A stretch of 64,000 bases of DNA from Kudoa neothunni (taxonomy: Eukaryota > Animalia > Cnidaria): NCBI GenBank assembly GCA_964304625.1, contig OZ199839.1, positions 7,835,166-7,899,165 of the forward strand. The letters are read 5' to 3'. Of this stretch, positions 1 through 13,960 are shown piece by piece. The notes beneath the pieces are model-generated. The model saw only the letters and a program-made list of their open reading frames with translations, was not told where the DNA came from and searched no databases. The first letter of the stretch is position 1, and each line of letters starts with the position of its first letter. The translations under genes were made by a program, and so were the position numbers.

Positions 1-442
1 CGGTGATGTTTTTGTAACTAGTTTTTTTTCTTATGTTGAATATGATTTCCAACTGTTTTTTCTCGAATGCTTGTTATATTTGTTATTAGCTCGAAATTAT
101 GGCTCTGTTTAATTTCCTGTTGTGTATCTTGTAAAGTGTATAGCTGGTTTAATAGATTGATTGATTAATAGCATTAAAAAATTACGAAATGGAGTTGTAC
201 ACTGAATCGTTTCAATTTTTACATACGCATCATGTTCATTAATTCTACCTTGGTTTTCTGTACTACTCTATATCTTTTGGATTGATGTAAAAGCGCATAT
301 GTTCTTTAGTTATATTATTTCAATAAGTTAGAAAGAAAACACGACGTTATTTGTAATTCTATTAAATAGTTAGTGTGAGCTGCCTAGCTTAGTTCAGTTG
401 GGATTTGAGATATTTGATTGTATAACTTGTAGAAGTTATTAA

Positions 443-2647
443 CCTTCCAACTATACCAACAACGACCGACTGACTGACTACTATACATCAAGCCGGGCGC
501 ATCTTTGGGGTCCAGGAGGAGCCCAGATTTTTATCTCCTATTTTGATACACAATATTATGAGATACAATTATATTCTTTTAAAAAGTTTTCTACTCGAAC
601 GATAACAACATAATCATAATTTACTTGCGTTCCGATCCCAGTCGATATCTCTCGAACACTTATTTATTAATTTATTTATTTTACGTGTTCAAATATTAAT
701 GAAATTACATTTTAATATACCATGTGACGTTTTCACAATATTATCTAGATACGATAAGAATGGTAGAATTTATCAAAATTCTTATAATATCTGAGAATAC
801 CTATGTTCACTTGTGACAACATGATTCTGATTTTACCGATTCTTGTAATTTTTAAATAAAATTTTTTAAAATGATATAAAGTACAATATTACCGAACTGA
901 TATTCATAAAAAAATTAGGCACATTTACCGTCGCGAACTCACATAGTGGACAATCATTCAATCATTCATAATAAAATATGGATTAATATATTCCTTAACT
1001 TAGCTGAAAAGCCTCAAAATTAATAATAATTAAAAATACAATATACAACTAAGTAACTAACTTTTACTGGTTATTTTTTGTTTCCGTCTGTAACAAATAA
1101 TTCTCGAATGTTTGTTGCAACGATGTTCGGAGAAATTATAACATTTATTCTTTATTTTTATATCAGAGAATCGAGCCCATTAAATACACCCTTTTTCATA
1201 GTGGACGGGATAGTACCTACCGTATCCACACATCCTTAGTTTTGTTATAATCGACAATAGTTTGGAGATTTTTCTCTGATCATCGCACAAATTAACATTG
1301 TTTGAGAACGTTGCCAATGAAGTGACCGCGTTGGCCTTTTTAGGTAAGTTTAACTAAACAACTCCCTCTACTCCTTGGTTTTAAGAATTAATGAGATATC
1401 CCGATTATTATGCCATGCCAGATAGTCTCCAGAAGGGTTAAACCTAGGTTAAGAAGTTGGTTTGTCAACGGAATCGAAGTGGAAAAATTATCGCAAAAAA
1501 TGTTTCTACTAGTCTTTTCAAGTGCGAAAAGAGTTTTAAAACAATCCTTTCACCAACCCGTTTAGTAATCTAGTCATTGCTTCTTCCAACATCAATGAAA
1601 ATATTACGTGTATTATTACTGGTAGGAGGGTTAGTTAGAAGAAAAAACTTAAGGACATTAACCGAAAGTTTTGAGGGAGTATACTGCGTAAAGGGACACC
1701 TGCCTCTCAATGAAACTAACTGTTCATCAACAGTAAGATGATTAGAGGGAATTAGACACACCGGCAAAATACTTTTCCACTTATTGAAAACTTCGATTAC
1801 CGGGAAAAACTTATCGACTCCTCGTCGTCAACTCTTGTCTCGCAATCATCAAAGTGTACCTTTCTGTTTATTTGGATGAATCTATAAAGCAGCGTGATTC
1901 TACGAAGTATATGATGTCCTTTATTCAAGCACTACAATTTCTTAATAGACTCCATTTAGATCTATAGATTTACATATATTTAATAATTCCTATGTATAGT
2001 TTATATTTCACTATATTTAGATTTTCCATTTGCATCCGTAATGAAAAACACCAAGTTTATTAATGTGAGTAATGGCAGAATTGAAAAACTATCCTATAAA
2101 TTGTAAACTCGGGATGTCACAAATGCAATCAGACCTAGAGGTTTGTTTAAGATGTTTTCTTTCTTGATTTTTGTATTTGAAGACTATAACACATTGTTTT
2201 TGTCTCTATACGTGTTGGTGATGTCATAATCATTTAAACTATCACAGTGAGATCAAGAGAAACACTCTTCAGTAACATCTTCCATTTCTAACTGCCGCCA
2301 ATTATCGGCATCATTCGTCCAACAACGGGGAAATAAAACTTGATTTTTCTCAATATCTAATGGATGTAACCTTTTGAAATCAAAATATTTTATTTTTTAT
2401 AATTTTATAAAAGTTTTTAAGAAATAAAAACGTGGGGGTCCATCTGGACCCTAAAACCGCTTGGTGTAAGTGTTCGATGTAAAATCGTAGAAAACAAAAA
2501 AGTCATAATTTTAAAAATAAATTATGAATGTATAGAAACTTCTAAAAGAATAATGATTGGATCCGGCCAATTTAACGTTTTCAGTGAGCAACGAATTGAG
2601 ATTAAGTCGGTCTGGGGTCCATTTTGACTCCAAAAGTGCTTGGAGGG
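443..2647 (-). mobile_element. piggyBac-family DNA transposon, decayed
   Basis: ORF 1570-1767(-) reads LTVDEQLVSLRGRCPFTQYTPSK, matching the piggyBac transposase core (xDEQLxxFRGRCPFxQYxPSKP). The right end GGAGGG|TTAA is at 2647/2648-2651 and a degenerate left end TTAA|CCTTCCAA is at 439-450. Subterminal GGGGTCCA..GAC(C/T)C motifs occur at 2435-2464 and 2614-2643, with an inverted copy at ~497-527. Many stops and frameshifts. Confidence 0.8.
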
Positions 2648-5499
2648 TTAAATTAAACATTGTTTAACGCGTTTTATTTTAAAAGACTGTGATAAACAAG
2701 ATTAAAATTAAGATAATAAAATATATAAAACTATAGGGATTGAAGAAAACCTACAAAAACTAACGATTATTGCTCAAATTAACCATCGCGGGATCAAACG
2801 GAGTCATTCGTTCCGTTCCCTTAATTTTGATATTTAAATCTTTTTGGTATGATAGAGCGTAAGTACGTCGGATGAATAACGTTTGCGGGCACAGGTAGGA
2901 ACAACAAATACAACCATAAGATTACATGTAATGATTATAATTTTTAAAGGCGGAGGTTAGCGATACGATAAATTTTAATCCTAAACTGCATATACGCTTG
3001 CGTAACAATTTTTTTTATCCACTAACTCTTATCACAAAACAATATGCAAATCTAATCATTAATAATATTCAAGTGCGTAATGATAAGCCAGAAATAAATT
3101 TATATAACGGATTCGAAAACGCCACCTACTTATATGAATTTTAAATAGTAGTTATTTTGATTATAATATGCGAAAGTGAGAGTTAACATATCTTTTAGGG
3201 CGGTGTCTTCAAAACTTGGGTCATGAAAAATTTTCCCCTAGTTTTTGACGGCGCAGGAAAACATCGGCTGATATTGTGTTTTCCTACCTCGAGCTAAAAT
3301 ATGTTTGTCGAAGTTTGGGAATCGAGATATATTTATCCAACCAAAGTATTATACTGGCTAAAATTACATATTGTGGTTTTAAGAGTAACAACAAATTACG
3401 ATGTGAAAAATGATAATAATCTTACCCTCCCATACGACACCGAAATGATTAACACTTGTGTCTAATCATGCAGTGCTCATTGTTATGTTCGTTTGTGTTT
3501 GTATGCACATGAAAAATTCTTCATTTTAAAAATCTACCACAGACGTCGTGAATTACTCTTTCTGGCGGTGAGATGTAAGACACAAAACTCGGACGAAGCC
3601 ATTCGTTCATTTCTTAAGTCTATTTCATTTCGTGGCACATATCAGTTTGACTCCCTATTTTTTTATTTTTATTTACTCAATAGTTCATAAATTATTCATT
3701 AAATATTTATATGTAGCAATCGTATTTAGGAGGTATACTGCAGATTAAAAATAGCTATTAAAATTTGAAGATATAGCCAACACTTCAGTTCTCTCGCAGC
3801 ATTAATAATTATAATCCAGATAGTGACAGCATTATTCATCTGTAAATCTCCCACAAAGTGAACTTAATTAGTTGACAACATCAAACTTTATGAAAACAAA
3901 GATTTTCATCGCAAAAAGTGGTGCGACCAGTAGTCATTTCATGAAATATATGTCGCGCGTGCCCTGGTTTATATTTATTCTATCGTTCTTATATATCGGT
4001 CATATTATTTAGAATCATCGAAATAGATCTTTTCAATAATTTCACAAACAACAGAAAATTATCGTCAAATTCAATTTGCCACTACATTTTATTACGAGAG
4101 CAAAGGTATTTACGCATCATATTTTTAATTTGATTGAAATATCAGTTATTTTTAAATTACAGAAATGTTTACAACAAATAATTTGGTGGCCATTTAAACT
4201 ATATATATTTTATATATACGAAAATCAAATTTTCGATTTGTAAAAATTTACTTAACAAATACAAAAAAATAATCATGACAATATATGGAGAAATAGTTGG
4301 TTAAAATTGTTATTTTAACACCAAAATTTATATAAAAAAACAGAAAACTAAAAAATGTGGTTTACTTTTAAATTAGAATATTAATTGTATATTATTATAA
4401 GAATAAAATACATTTTACACAAAGAAACCAGTATCTGTAAATGAAACATGTGCAGTTGTATTAAGTATAGTTAACATGTTATATGTTATTATACAGAAAT
4501 AGCGCTGTTTAAAAAACATTCAAAGCTTCATTTGGATATTTTTAAAATTAACTGTTGATGAATGTTCAAAAATCCGAAATGTTGTTATTCGGAAAGAACA
4601 TCGCTGGCCCAAGTAAAAACAGAAAATTAGAGTTTCGCTGTATAACAATTTAAACGAATAATAGAGATTAAAAAATTATTAATAAAAAATTAGTTTAAAC
4701 ATATATAAATTAACAATTTAAATGTTTAATAAAACTACTTTTGAACCTACATAGACAATTTAATTAAAAACGTACATTTTATACAAGAAGAGAATAATAC
4801 TTATTTGAGGGTATGGCATTTGATTTTATTCCGAATTATGTTAATATTTTTCTCAAATTAAGTTTAACTATTTTAGAAGGTAATTTTTTTTAATTAAATG
4901 AAAAATATACATTATTTTAAATATGTTTCAAAAATTATATTGGTAGAATAGTTGGTGCGAGAAGATTACACGTGTCTATGTTTAAAATTTATATTCCATG
5001 AGATCAACCTTATTGAATAATTTTTAATATAATTAAAGCCATATTAAACTACATCTGGATCGGAATATGATATAACAAATTGTTGTGTTATTTGTTTATG
5101 TGACCACTCATTCTTTTCCCTATAGGAACTAGAACTATATAATATTTTATTCTTCCTTATATTAATTTCTTAAATATCGAGTTAAATATTTCAAATTAAT
5201 ATATTTCAACAAAAGACTTTTTAATTTATAATATATAAAACAATATTTTATATATTTAGGTACTAATTTTTTATAATTAAAAAAGTTATTACCTAGAATA
5301 TATTATTTTTAAACGACAAAAATAGTGAAAGGCATGATTTTTAGTGACGGCGAGTTATATAATGAAAAACGTTTGGCACACATGTTACTTTTAAATTTTT
5401 TAAATTTACCGAAAATATGCTATAATGTATTTTATAATTTTTGAACTAAGATTCATTGTAAATGAAAATATATATGTACTAAAACGAGATCTGCCGGAT

Positions 5500-6955
5500 G
5501 TATTTGTATCGAATTTAGGCAGCGACTATTGGCGCAGTAAAGTTTAATCGTTAGCATTGTGTACATTTGCACAACAAAAGGTTTAATCTCACCAACTCTG
5601 CTAAATTAAATTCGGATATATAAACAAACGCTTCAATAAACTAACCACGGTAATCAAATAATAATATATAATTATAATGTCGCATGAAGATATATCTGTA
5701 ATATTATTCAATGATTTAAATAATAGGGCAAATACTCTTTTTTTGCCAGCAGAACTAGTTGAAAGACGTACTTGTTCGGAAGTGTCGTTTTTAAATTAAC
5801 TTGTAAAATCTTAGTAAGTTTCTATAATTGTCATATATTTAGAAACTGGTTGACGATAATTATGATATCTCACATGTAGCTAAAATTATATAAGCTCAAC
5901 ATATATGAATATTCTACCATATTTAATATAATTCTTATGCATGTTTAGATATAAATATGTTAAACTACTTTGCTGCTTGACCAAATGAAATATTTGTATG
6001 TTAAGCATCGTGAAATCTTTGATTCAAAAATATAACATTTTACGCAAGGATATGACGTTTCGATAATATAACCGTGAAAATCTTGATGCTATCCCTTTCT
6101 AAATAAGGTCTTCCTACATATTCTTCAATGAACCAGTATTACCGGGTATGTTTAGCGTTTAAATGTTATTTCTAATGTTAAATTTAATGATATAGTCACA
6201 TAAAGTAAAATTATAAAATACGCGGTACTTTTCTGTCGGGCCAATAGATGCTGCCTTAATTTTAATACGGCCTGCGTTAAGCATAACAACTTATGTTTGT
6301 TTGGTCTATCTTTCAAAAAGGTTGTCGACCTTTTCTTGCAAAAAAGTTCCGTACCCCCTCTTCGAAAATGTTGATTTATTTTACATAAAACTCCCTCAAG
6401 CATTAAAATTTGATATAAATTAATATATATTTATTTTCTTGTTAAAATTACAATGTATTGGATCAGATCTAATGTAGTTTATCGACGGACCTTAAAAATT
6501 AACATCATTAGTTTTTTATCGTCCAAAGCGGCGTTCAATGAAACTTGTGCAAATCCAACTTTCATTCGGAAAGACTTTAGTGGATATGGGGCTGATAAAC
6601 AATATAAATATAAAATTAATCAATATTTTATTAGGATTAATCATAAAAAGGGGTATTCGATTCTAAATGAGACAGGATTGAGATCAAACCATTTTGATTC
6701 TATTCAGGCGAAGGACACGTTAAATATTATCGCTAATTTTTATATAACTCGTCATTGTTGTTTGTATTTTTATGTTAATCGTCACTTAAAAATAAGCGAT
6801 ATCGGTTTCAAAGTACGTCATACTGTCTAATTATCTCATCAATATCCATGTCACACCAATACTCAGGATTTTCCGCGTCACACCAGAGCAGTTCATTAAA
6901 CGCTTCGAAATTTTCATGCCTCACCAAAATTTTTCACTCCCCACGTTGAGAAATA
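5500..6955 (+). mobile_element. Probable hAT (Buster/Charlie-like) transposase relic
   Basis: Fragmentary similarity only. WLTI..SHM..KLYKLNI (~5845-5905) resembles WLxxLAYLxDxFxKLNxLN, and KDFS..KYKIN / HFDSIQAK (~6570-6720) resemble the Buster C-terminus. The hAT-like end CCCCACGTTGAGAAA is at ~6939-6953. Confidence 0.35.
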
Positions 6956-7811
6956 TTTTTCGAAAACAACAAAGCTCAGAATAATGGTAAACAATTTTAA
7001 TTTATAAATTGGTGATTAAATTATGATGATTTTTATTGTATCAATTACTATATATTTATACTTTTATATTAAATTTATTAATTGGGAAAAAGATTTTTTA
7101 TAAATAAAATGAAAAGAAATTTATAAAAAAATTATAAATTAACAGAAACGTTTAAATATACTTAAATATTACTGTGTTCTAGCAAAAGTAACGAGTATGA
7201 TAATGTATAAATATAGTTATTCCCATTTACTCAATAAAAATGTATATATATACATATATACTTTACCAACCTTTTACGTTTTACGTTTTGCGTAAGAATT
7301 TAGTTATTAAATACCGGAGAAATCAAAAATTAAAAAAATGGTTTTTTTAATTGTTGCTTGAATCTAAATATTTGTGGTAAAATTCGAAATCCATGTGACA
7401 TGGAGTGTGTTTTCGCTGATCCACTCTGAAATTGACCCTAAGTATACATTCTATTTTAACGCAATTTTATAGAAAATTATTTTAATAGTATATAAGTTTT
7501 TAAATCAAAGCTAACAAATTATTTTCAAATGCTAGGGTGGACTAGGAGTAAAATTTTAAGGGTGCTTCACCACCTACCCGCGATATAATGAGGAACGCAT
7601 TCCTCAGGAATACGTGGGTTTACTGTAAACATATTAATTACTGAAAGAATACATATTGCTGGTAATTAATAAATAAATATGCGCAATAAAAAAAATTTAT
7701 CAAACAAAGCTACAATAATAAAAAAGCGATAATCGTCGATAAAACTGTACACGATGTTACAAATGAAAATGATAGGCACCAATTTTGGTTGAATGATTGT
7801 AGAGATTGGAG

Positions 7812-10800
7812 TTATTGTTTTTTGGTGGCATAATGAAAGATGGCAGGCCATAGAAAAAGTTTATGGAGAAAATCTTCTATTTGTTTCAAAGAGGGGTCAT
7901 TTTTGCTTTCAAGTCGTGTGACGAAATTAGAGAGTTGATGTTGTTCTCTAAGAAAGAAGGAATTTGAATTTTCTAGTTGGTTGCTATAGGCGAGGAGTTT
8001 CTCGAAAGAACTCAATGTGAAAACATTTGGCGGGATATAATCAGTATCCAACAGTTGATCAGAGCAGTCATATTCATTTAGTTCAGAGGGTGTTGATGGT
8101 AACAAATTTGAAATGAACGAACAATCATCCGACGGATATGGAACATAACGTGGAGAATTGTTGGAATGATTTTCTCCAATTTTGTTAATACTATGAGGAT
8201 TGAAATTTACAAAATGGGAACAATCGGAGAGTATCAATAGACAATCATTATGATAGAGTAGACGATCGATACAGCTTATTTGATTGTCTACTATAGTTGA
8301 AGTAGGTTTGGATTCGTTAACTGGGTTGTTTATATCCATCAATGATGGCAAACTATTTATCGACGCAAACCGCGATATTTTATTGTGATAACTATCGCTG
8401 GTAAGTGTAGATTCACTGTCGTTAAGATTGTTTTCATCAGAGATTCGAATTTCATTCAAAAGATAACCAAAATAGTGTCCAATCACCTTATCAATGTTCA
8501 CGTTATCTTCACGTGAAATATCTGTTTGAATTATAACAGTTGGGTCGAAGTAGAGGGTGTTGAAGGAATTTTCATCACTCCCCTCGGAATTTGTATCCAT
8601 TTGATTGAAATTCTGGACGATGGTTTCGTAACTTTTAAATTGAAAGTGTGTCAATCGTTCTATCAGAGCGAATTTAAAATTTGTTTGTGTGTCTTCCCGT
8701 TTATAAGGATGGAAATAATTGATGAGAATGCTGAGAGAGTTGTGCAGCTGAAACAATATGGCAAACGCTACATTTTCAGGCAGTTGATCATAATCCTTTT
8801 TGATTTGTTCATAAAATGAGGATATTTGTTTTATGTACATAAAAAATTTTTCAGCAAGATACTTAATCTATCAATGAATAATATTAACTACTTTAAATTG
8901 AACGTATTTTCAAATACTTGATTGGCATTATAAAAGAATAGAGGACTACCGCCAATGCTGGAGTTTGATTGGTTTAATACGCCAAGTTGGGATGAGTCGT
9001 ATTGATGATCCTGTAACTGTTGAACCTGAATAAAAAAAGTCAATATTATAATTTTAAACAAGATCTAACAACCTGCTGAATTTTTATCTGTTGAAACACA
9101 GTTTTAGTATCAAGTCGGTAGCATTTAGGTTTCATCTTGTCTAATATGTCAATTCTTATATTAGTGCCAGTGTTGGTGGTTGGAAGTAGATGATTTTTGA
9201 TTAGGAAAAAATAAAAATTTTTAATATCATTAACACTTTTCCCACTGATAATATTATTCAAATCTTCGTCATCTAAAACTAATAATAAAATCGTATAAAA
9301 ATCATATCATAAAAATCATGTTGGCGAGAATTTACCTTCAAACGAATTCTCGCTGAAAAAGTCAATGAGTATTCGTTGTTCATCCTCGGTGAAATTGATT
9401 ACATTCCTATCCAGGCTCAAAAAATATTCATATCTAGATCACAATAATCATCAATTCATTTACATCGAAAAGTTCACCTATTTTGGCATTGTTTTGCAGA
9501 TTTGTTGGTGTTCAGTCTGGATGCTATCGCTTTCCAACTCATTCCTGGATTCCATTGTTTTAAATAATAAAGTTGCTATGATAACAATATTAATTTGTTC
9601 CATGTCAAAATACTAACCGAATCCATTTGACAACTCCATGATCTGGGCTTGACGTTTTCGGCCAATGTGCAAACTGTGGATTGTAAGGTTTTAAGACTTT
9701 TGTTTGGAAGAAATGGGTAAACTATATCATATATTGTTGTTTTTAAAAACAAGACTCTAAAAACCTACTATAACGATACACAAAACTGATATCAATATTT
9801 TCGGGGTCATCGGAAAAGTATTGAAACTCTGAATTCTTTTTCATCAAAATCTCATTAATAAGTCTAATATCTTCGGGTGATAGATCACTATAGGTTTTTA
9901 AATTAAAGTGGTAATATAGCCTTTTTGTCTGTTATCTAACAGAAATACCCTTCAGCGAGTTTTGCGTCCAGTTTACTGCTGTATTGTACTAAACATTGGA
10001 TAGGAGACTTGCCATTCTAAATTGTGCCCGCAATTTAGTAAATAAATTTATTAATATCTTGAAAGCTGTGTTACATTCATGTCTTTGGAGATGATATCCC
10101 AATTTTTTTCAGAAAATTTTTCGCCTAGCTCTTTCAATTTGAGATTCTCACTGTAGAGCCATTCATTGTGGTTGACATAGGGATGCTCGTGAGTTATCCA
10201 CCGTAACTGGCAACGAATAGGACTAACTTTAGGCAGCTATACACATACGCACATATTTGTTAGTAACGCCGACTAATACCAAGTACATACATATTTGGAA
10301 GAGATTTTATTGAAATCAAGTCCAACCAAATTTAATTTAAGCTCACGATCAGATGTTTTTCTTAAGGAAGTGTTTGTTTAGATTTATAAAATATATGAAT
10401 ATGAATGCCTAAGAAATATTCCACCTTATCATATCAACGTTAGCTTTTATTGTGTTGGCGTCTTCGATATCCTTGCTGATTATAGACTTTTTTCGACTAA
10501 TTCTTTTAAGACTAATATCATTGAAGAAAACGATTAATAGCTTCTTGTTTGTACTTATTAATATTTGGTACTTATCTAGAAATGGTGCAAGCTTCAATTT
10601 TAAATTCTGGCTTTTCACTCCATTGTTCAGACACGCAACAGTTTTATTGTTCCCTATTTTTTTAGAAGGGTTATTTTAGCGGTCACTCACACAGATGGAA
10701 AATATTCGGTGATATGCGGTTTCACATACAATAAAATGTAGCACCCAATATTTCTTTCATATTATCCACCAAACTAATCACATTATTTTTGGGCAAAATT

Positions 10801-11190
10801 TTTTGATAGAACTCAGAGGGAAAATAATTTTTGTAATAGATGCGATTCGAACGAATATTTTCATCGTGAGAATACATCTAGAACATAAATGTCTTGTAAA
10901 TCTTCGATAAATCTAATTCCATAAAATACGAAGTCACTTGGAACTTTCTGTTGTTCTATTAGAAGGTCAATCCAAGCAATGTATTGTTTTAATTGATCCT
11001 ATAAATTATCAATAAACTTCCACAATTAAAACCATGATGCTTGTAATGATTGGTTAAATTTGAGACATCTACGAATTTCTTTCCTTATGTCAACTTTTTT
11101 AACATTCTTCTTTGCATCTATAATTCAATAAGCGGCGATTAGACAATAATTATGATAAATAAAATTCAAATTACAGTATCTCTTAAGCAT
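7812..11190 (-). CDS. SNAPC4: snRNA-activating protein complex subunit 4 (SNAP190), multi-exon, tandem Myb repeats
   Basis: Manual splicing with phase-consistent GT-AG introns across the Myb region gives IRRCLKFNQSLQ (cf. SNAPC4 N-terminal CLQLN..YQ) and LDFNKISSKY|LPKVSPIRCQLRWITHEHPYVNHNEWLYSENLKLKELGEKFSEKNWDIISKDMN|NGKSPIQCLVQY (cf. human FWQNSEHPSINKQEW...WQKIAEELGTSRSAFQCL). It continues SWSCQMDS|QLYYLKQWNPGMSWKAIASRLNTNKSAKQCQNR|YEYFL. The final large exon (ORF 7812-8840) ends LFLWPAIF. ORFs 9046-9261 and 10409-10618 are internal exons. The start ATG at 11190 is the best candidate, not certain. Confidence 0.85.
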
Positions 11191-12199
11191 ATTTTAACCT
11201 CAGAAAATGCCCAACGCTTACTCTAATGTTTTGAGATATAGACAAGCTCACCCAATGTAGCAATGTGTAGAATTCCTTAAATTTTGGGTGACTAAATCTC
11301 GTAGATCTTCGAAAATAGTCGGGTCTAAAAAAATCAGTTCGAGCTAATTTTTATTAATCTGTTAAAAGCTTGTTTTGGTTATAAAAACCAAATATTTGTA
11401 AATAGAATTACATTATGTTGCATATAGCGTGTAATTAATTTTGTATTTTTTATAATTAGTATAAAACAGCAGGGATCGTAAGTGCGCGGTCAGGGAACTG
11501 TCCTCATTCAACCCGCGAGGAGGTTAGTGATAAAGTTAAATTGTTTTTATACAAGACGGTATTTTTATGATCGATCTTTTCTGCACATAAAGACACTTAA
11601 TAAAAATAGAGACGAAGTTAATTATTATCCCCTATTTCTAAATATTAATGTGAAAAAAAGTAAATATTAAAGTATTTCCTAAACAAATTTTGTATTTATT
11701 ATTTATTATTACTGATTCTATGATACTGGTTTTATCTTATTGTGACTTTAAAGAACGTTTAATTATTTTTCTTTGCGATTTCTAACCATTATTTAATTAT
11801 ATTAAATTTAATATTAATAAAATCAGGTAAATTTTGAAATAAAAAATTATATGAAACCGGCGATTTCCTCGGAAAAAATGTCGAGGGTTCGTAATGTTTA
11901 TCTCGTATTACAATCGACTTTTTTAGATATATCAAAATTCAATTTATACGTGGGAAATTAATGAGAATAAAGATTATGCACAGCAATGAAGGGGTACGAC
12001 GCACTTTATGATATTATGGCAATGATCCCCAATGAAAATACACAATTTTGTTATTTATAATAATAAACACTCAAAAATATTTAATCAAGCAGAATTATTA
12101 TCAAAAATATAAGCCTGAGTCAGAGAAAATTTGGCTGCATACTTACTGCGATCTAAAAATTCCCCAATTACATCCAACGACATGGTTAGTACGCAGTTG

Positions 12200-13670
12200 A
12201 GAAACCTGATAAAGTATCGATGGTTAGATGGTAAAGTTAAAATAATAAACTGTTAAGATGATATAAAAAAGTTTAGTGGCTCAAAAGCTAAAACCGCTGA
12301 GAAATTTGAACTGGAATCGATATGTTCCTTGAACAACATACCATTAAAAAAGAACAGTATTCTGAAAGATAATAACATCAAGAAAACCTTAAGAAAAGGT
12401 GATTTCAACATTTTATATTCTAAGTTTAATGAGTGGAGGATTGAGCTAATGAGATCACGTAATATCGATCTCTCTGAGGACGATATAATTAGAAGGGCCG
12501 ACGATTATTCATATGAAATTAGACACAATTGCTAAGGCTGGCAGAGCCCGGTAGAGGTTGGTTTTAAGGATTTTCTTCGATAGTTGGGTTGAAAATAACA
12601 AATTCATAGATGAATCCAGGAATGCCGTTTTTGAAATAATTTCCTCTTGGAAAGATCAACTGTTAAATTGATCGAAAATTATGATCGAAAAGATATTTTT
12701 AATTTGGATGAAACTGGACTATTTTACCGGCGAAGAAAACGTAAAATATCATTTAAATTTACATCGCTATGTGACATTTAATGTATGGTTATACATTTAA
12801 AATGGAAGAAAACTTGCGTGGTTATAAAAAATCCAGAGAGAGTAACAATTGCTGCAGCCTATTCGATCGATGCTAGAAGAAAAAGACCCTTATTAATAAT
12901 TCGCAATCATGAAAAACTTTGGCGCATCCGTGAAATAAAAGACGCCTCATTGCCCTATTAAACTAAAAAGAAGACTATTTTTTCAAATATAAAATGTTAC
13001 ATTAAGCTGAAACTTCTTAATGTAAGAGAAGAATCATATGATTTGGTAAAAATTTCCCAGCTCATCCTGCGCTAAATTTTTCAAATATTCAACTCTATTT
13101 TACCCCACAAGAAACAACCAGCGTATTGCAACAATCAAATCAAGGAATTATTATTCGATAAATAAAATTACTGTTAATTCCATGAATATTTTAAATAACA
13201 ATTTAAATAATGATCCACCAAAGTTGCTTGATGATATGTACATGATAAAAGAAGGGTGGAAATTAGTGAGTGAAGAAACAATCAAATGCTGTTTTAAAAA
13301 ATCATTCTTGTTAATAATTGTGGATCAAGAGGCATTAATTATCCTTTCGACTGGAAGTAAATCCTTAGAAAAATCAAACTGAAGGTCAGGGTAATATAGA
13401 AGAAATTAGTTCATTTTGGAAAATATGGTTACTCAATAAATAATGAAGTCGTCACAATGAATAAATCGTTTACTGATAAAAATTATGAAAAAACTAACAT
13501 CATTAGTTCCATTAATGAAGTCATTGGGCATTTAAATAAATTAAGAGAAAATATTTTTGCTCATGATTTACCTGTGTTATAAAATAAAACAAAATTGAAC
13601 TTTTCCATCTGGAAAATAAGACACGGTTCGTAAAAGAATGATAGAATAGCTGACTATTTAAAAAAAATCC
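12200..13670 (+). mobile_element. pogo/Tigger (CENP-B-like, DDE_1) transposase pseudogene, copy 1
   Basis: IFNLDETGLFYR at ~12694-12730, RVTIAAA at ~12838, FPAHP and QGII remnants at 13050-13155, and MIKEGWKLVSEETIKCCFKKS (ORF 13182). Frameshifted; ends not resolved. Confidence 0.8.
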
Positions 13671-13854
13671 ACATATTTTCGAATAATTATAATGTATTTA
13701 TTGGCTTTTGTTTAACATTTAATTTTTTCTAAATATATGCGAGTTATCATTAATTTAAGAATGAAAATGTAATTGTTAAATGCAAAATACGACAGCGCGT
13801 CACTATCATCTATGTGACATGATGTGCGGGCGAGCATGGATACTGCGTACTGCA

Positions 13855-13960
13855 GGGGTACTACTAGGGCTTCAAAAGATCGAGGACTCTCGACCCTTGA
13901 AAATTCTCCAAACCCTCGAAATTTCGAGGCTATAGGGATTATCCTCTAGGTCGAAGAGAT
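13855..13960. repeat. Isolated DNA-transposon terminus-like segment
   Basis: GC-richer island starting CAGGGG..TAGGGCTTCAAA, with repeated CTCGA/TCGAG motifs typical of hAT-like subterminal repeats. No partner end found. Confidence 0.3.

Noticed and set aside
2760-4100. Slightly GC-richer stretch with a terminus-like motif near 3197 and ORF 3493-3690
   Set aside because: It is probably old transposon debris; no partner TIR or recognisable protein motif was found.
9400-9700. Reverse-transcriptase-like reading of the minus strand
   Set aside because: A different frame with canonical introns gives clear Myb repeats belonging to SNAPC4.
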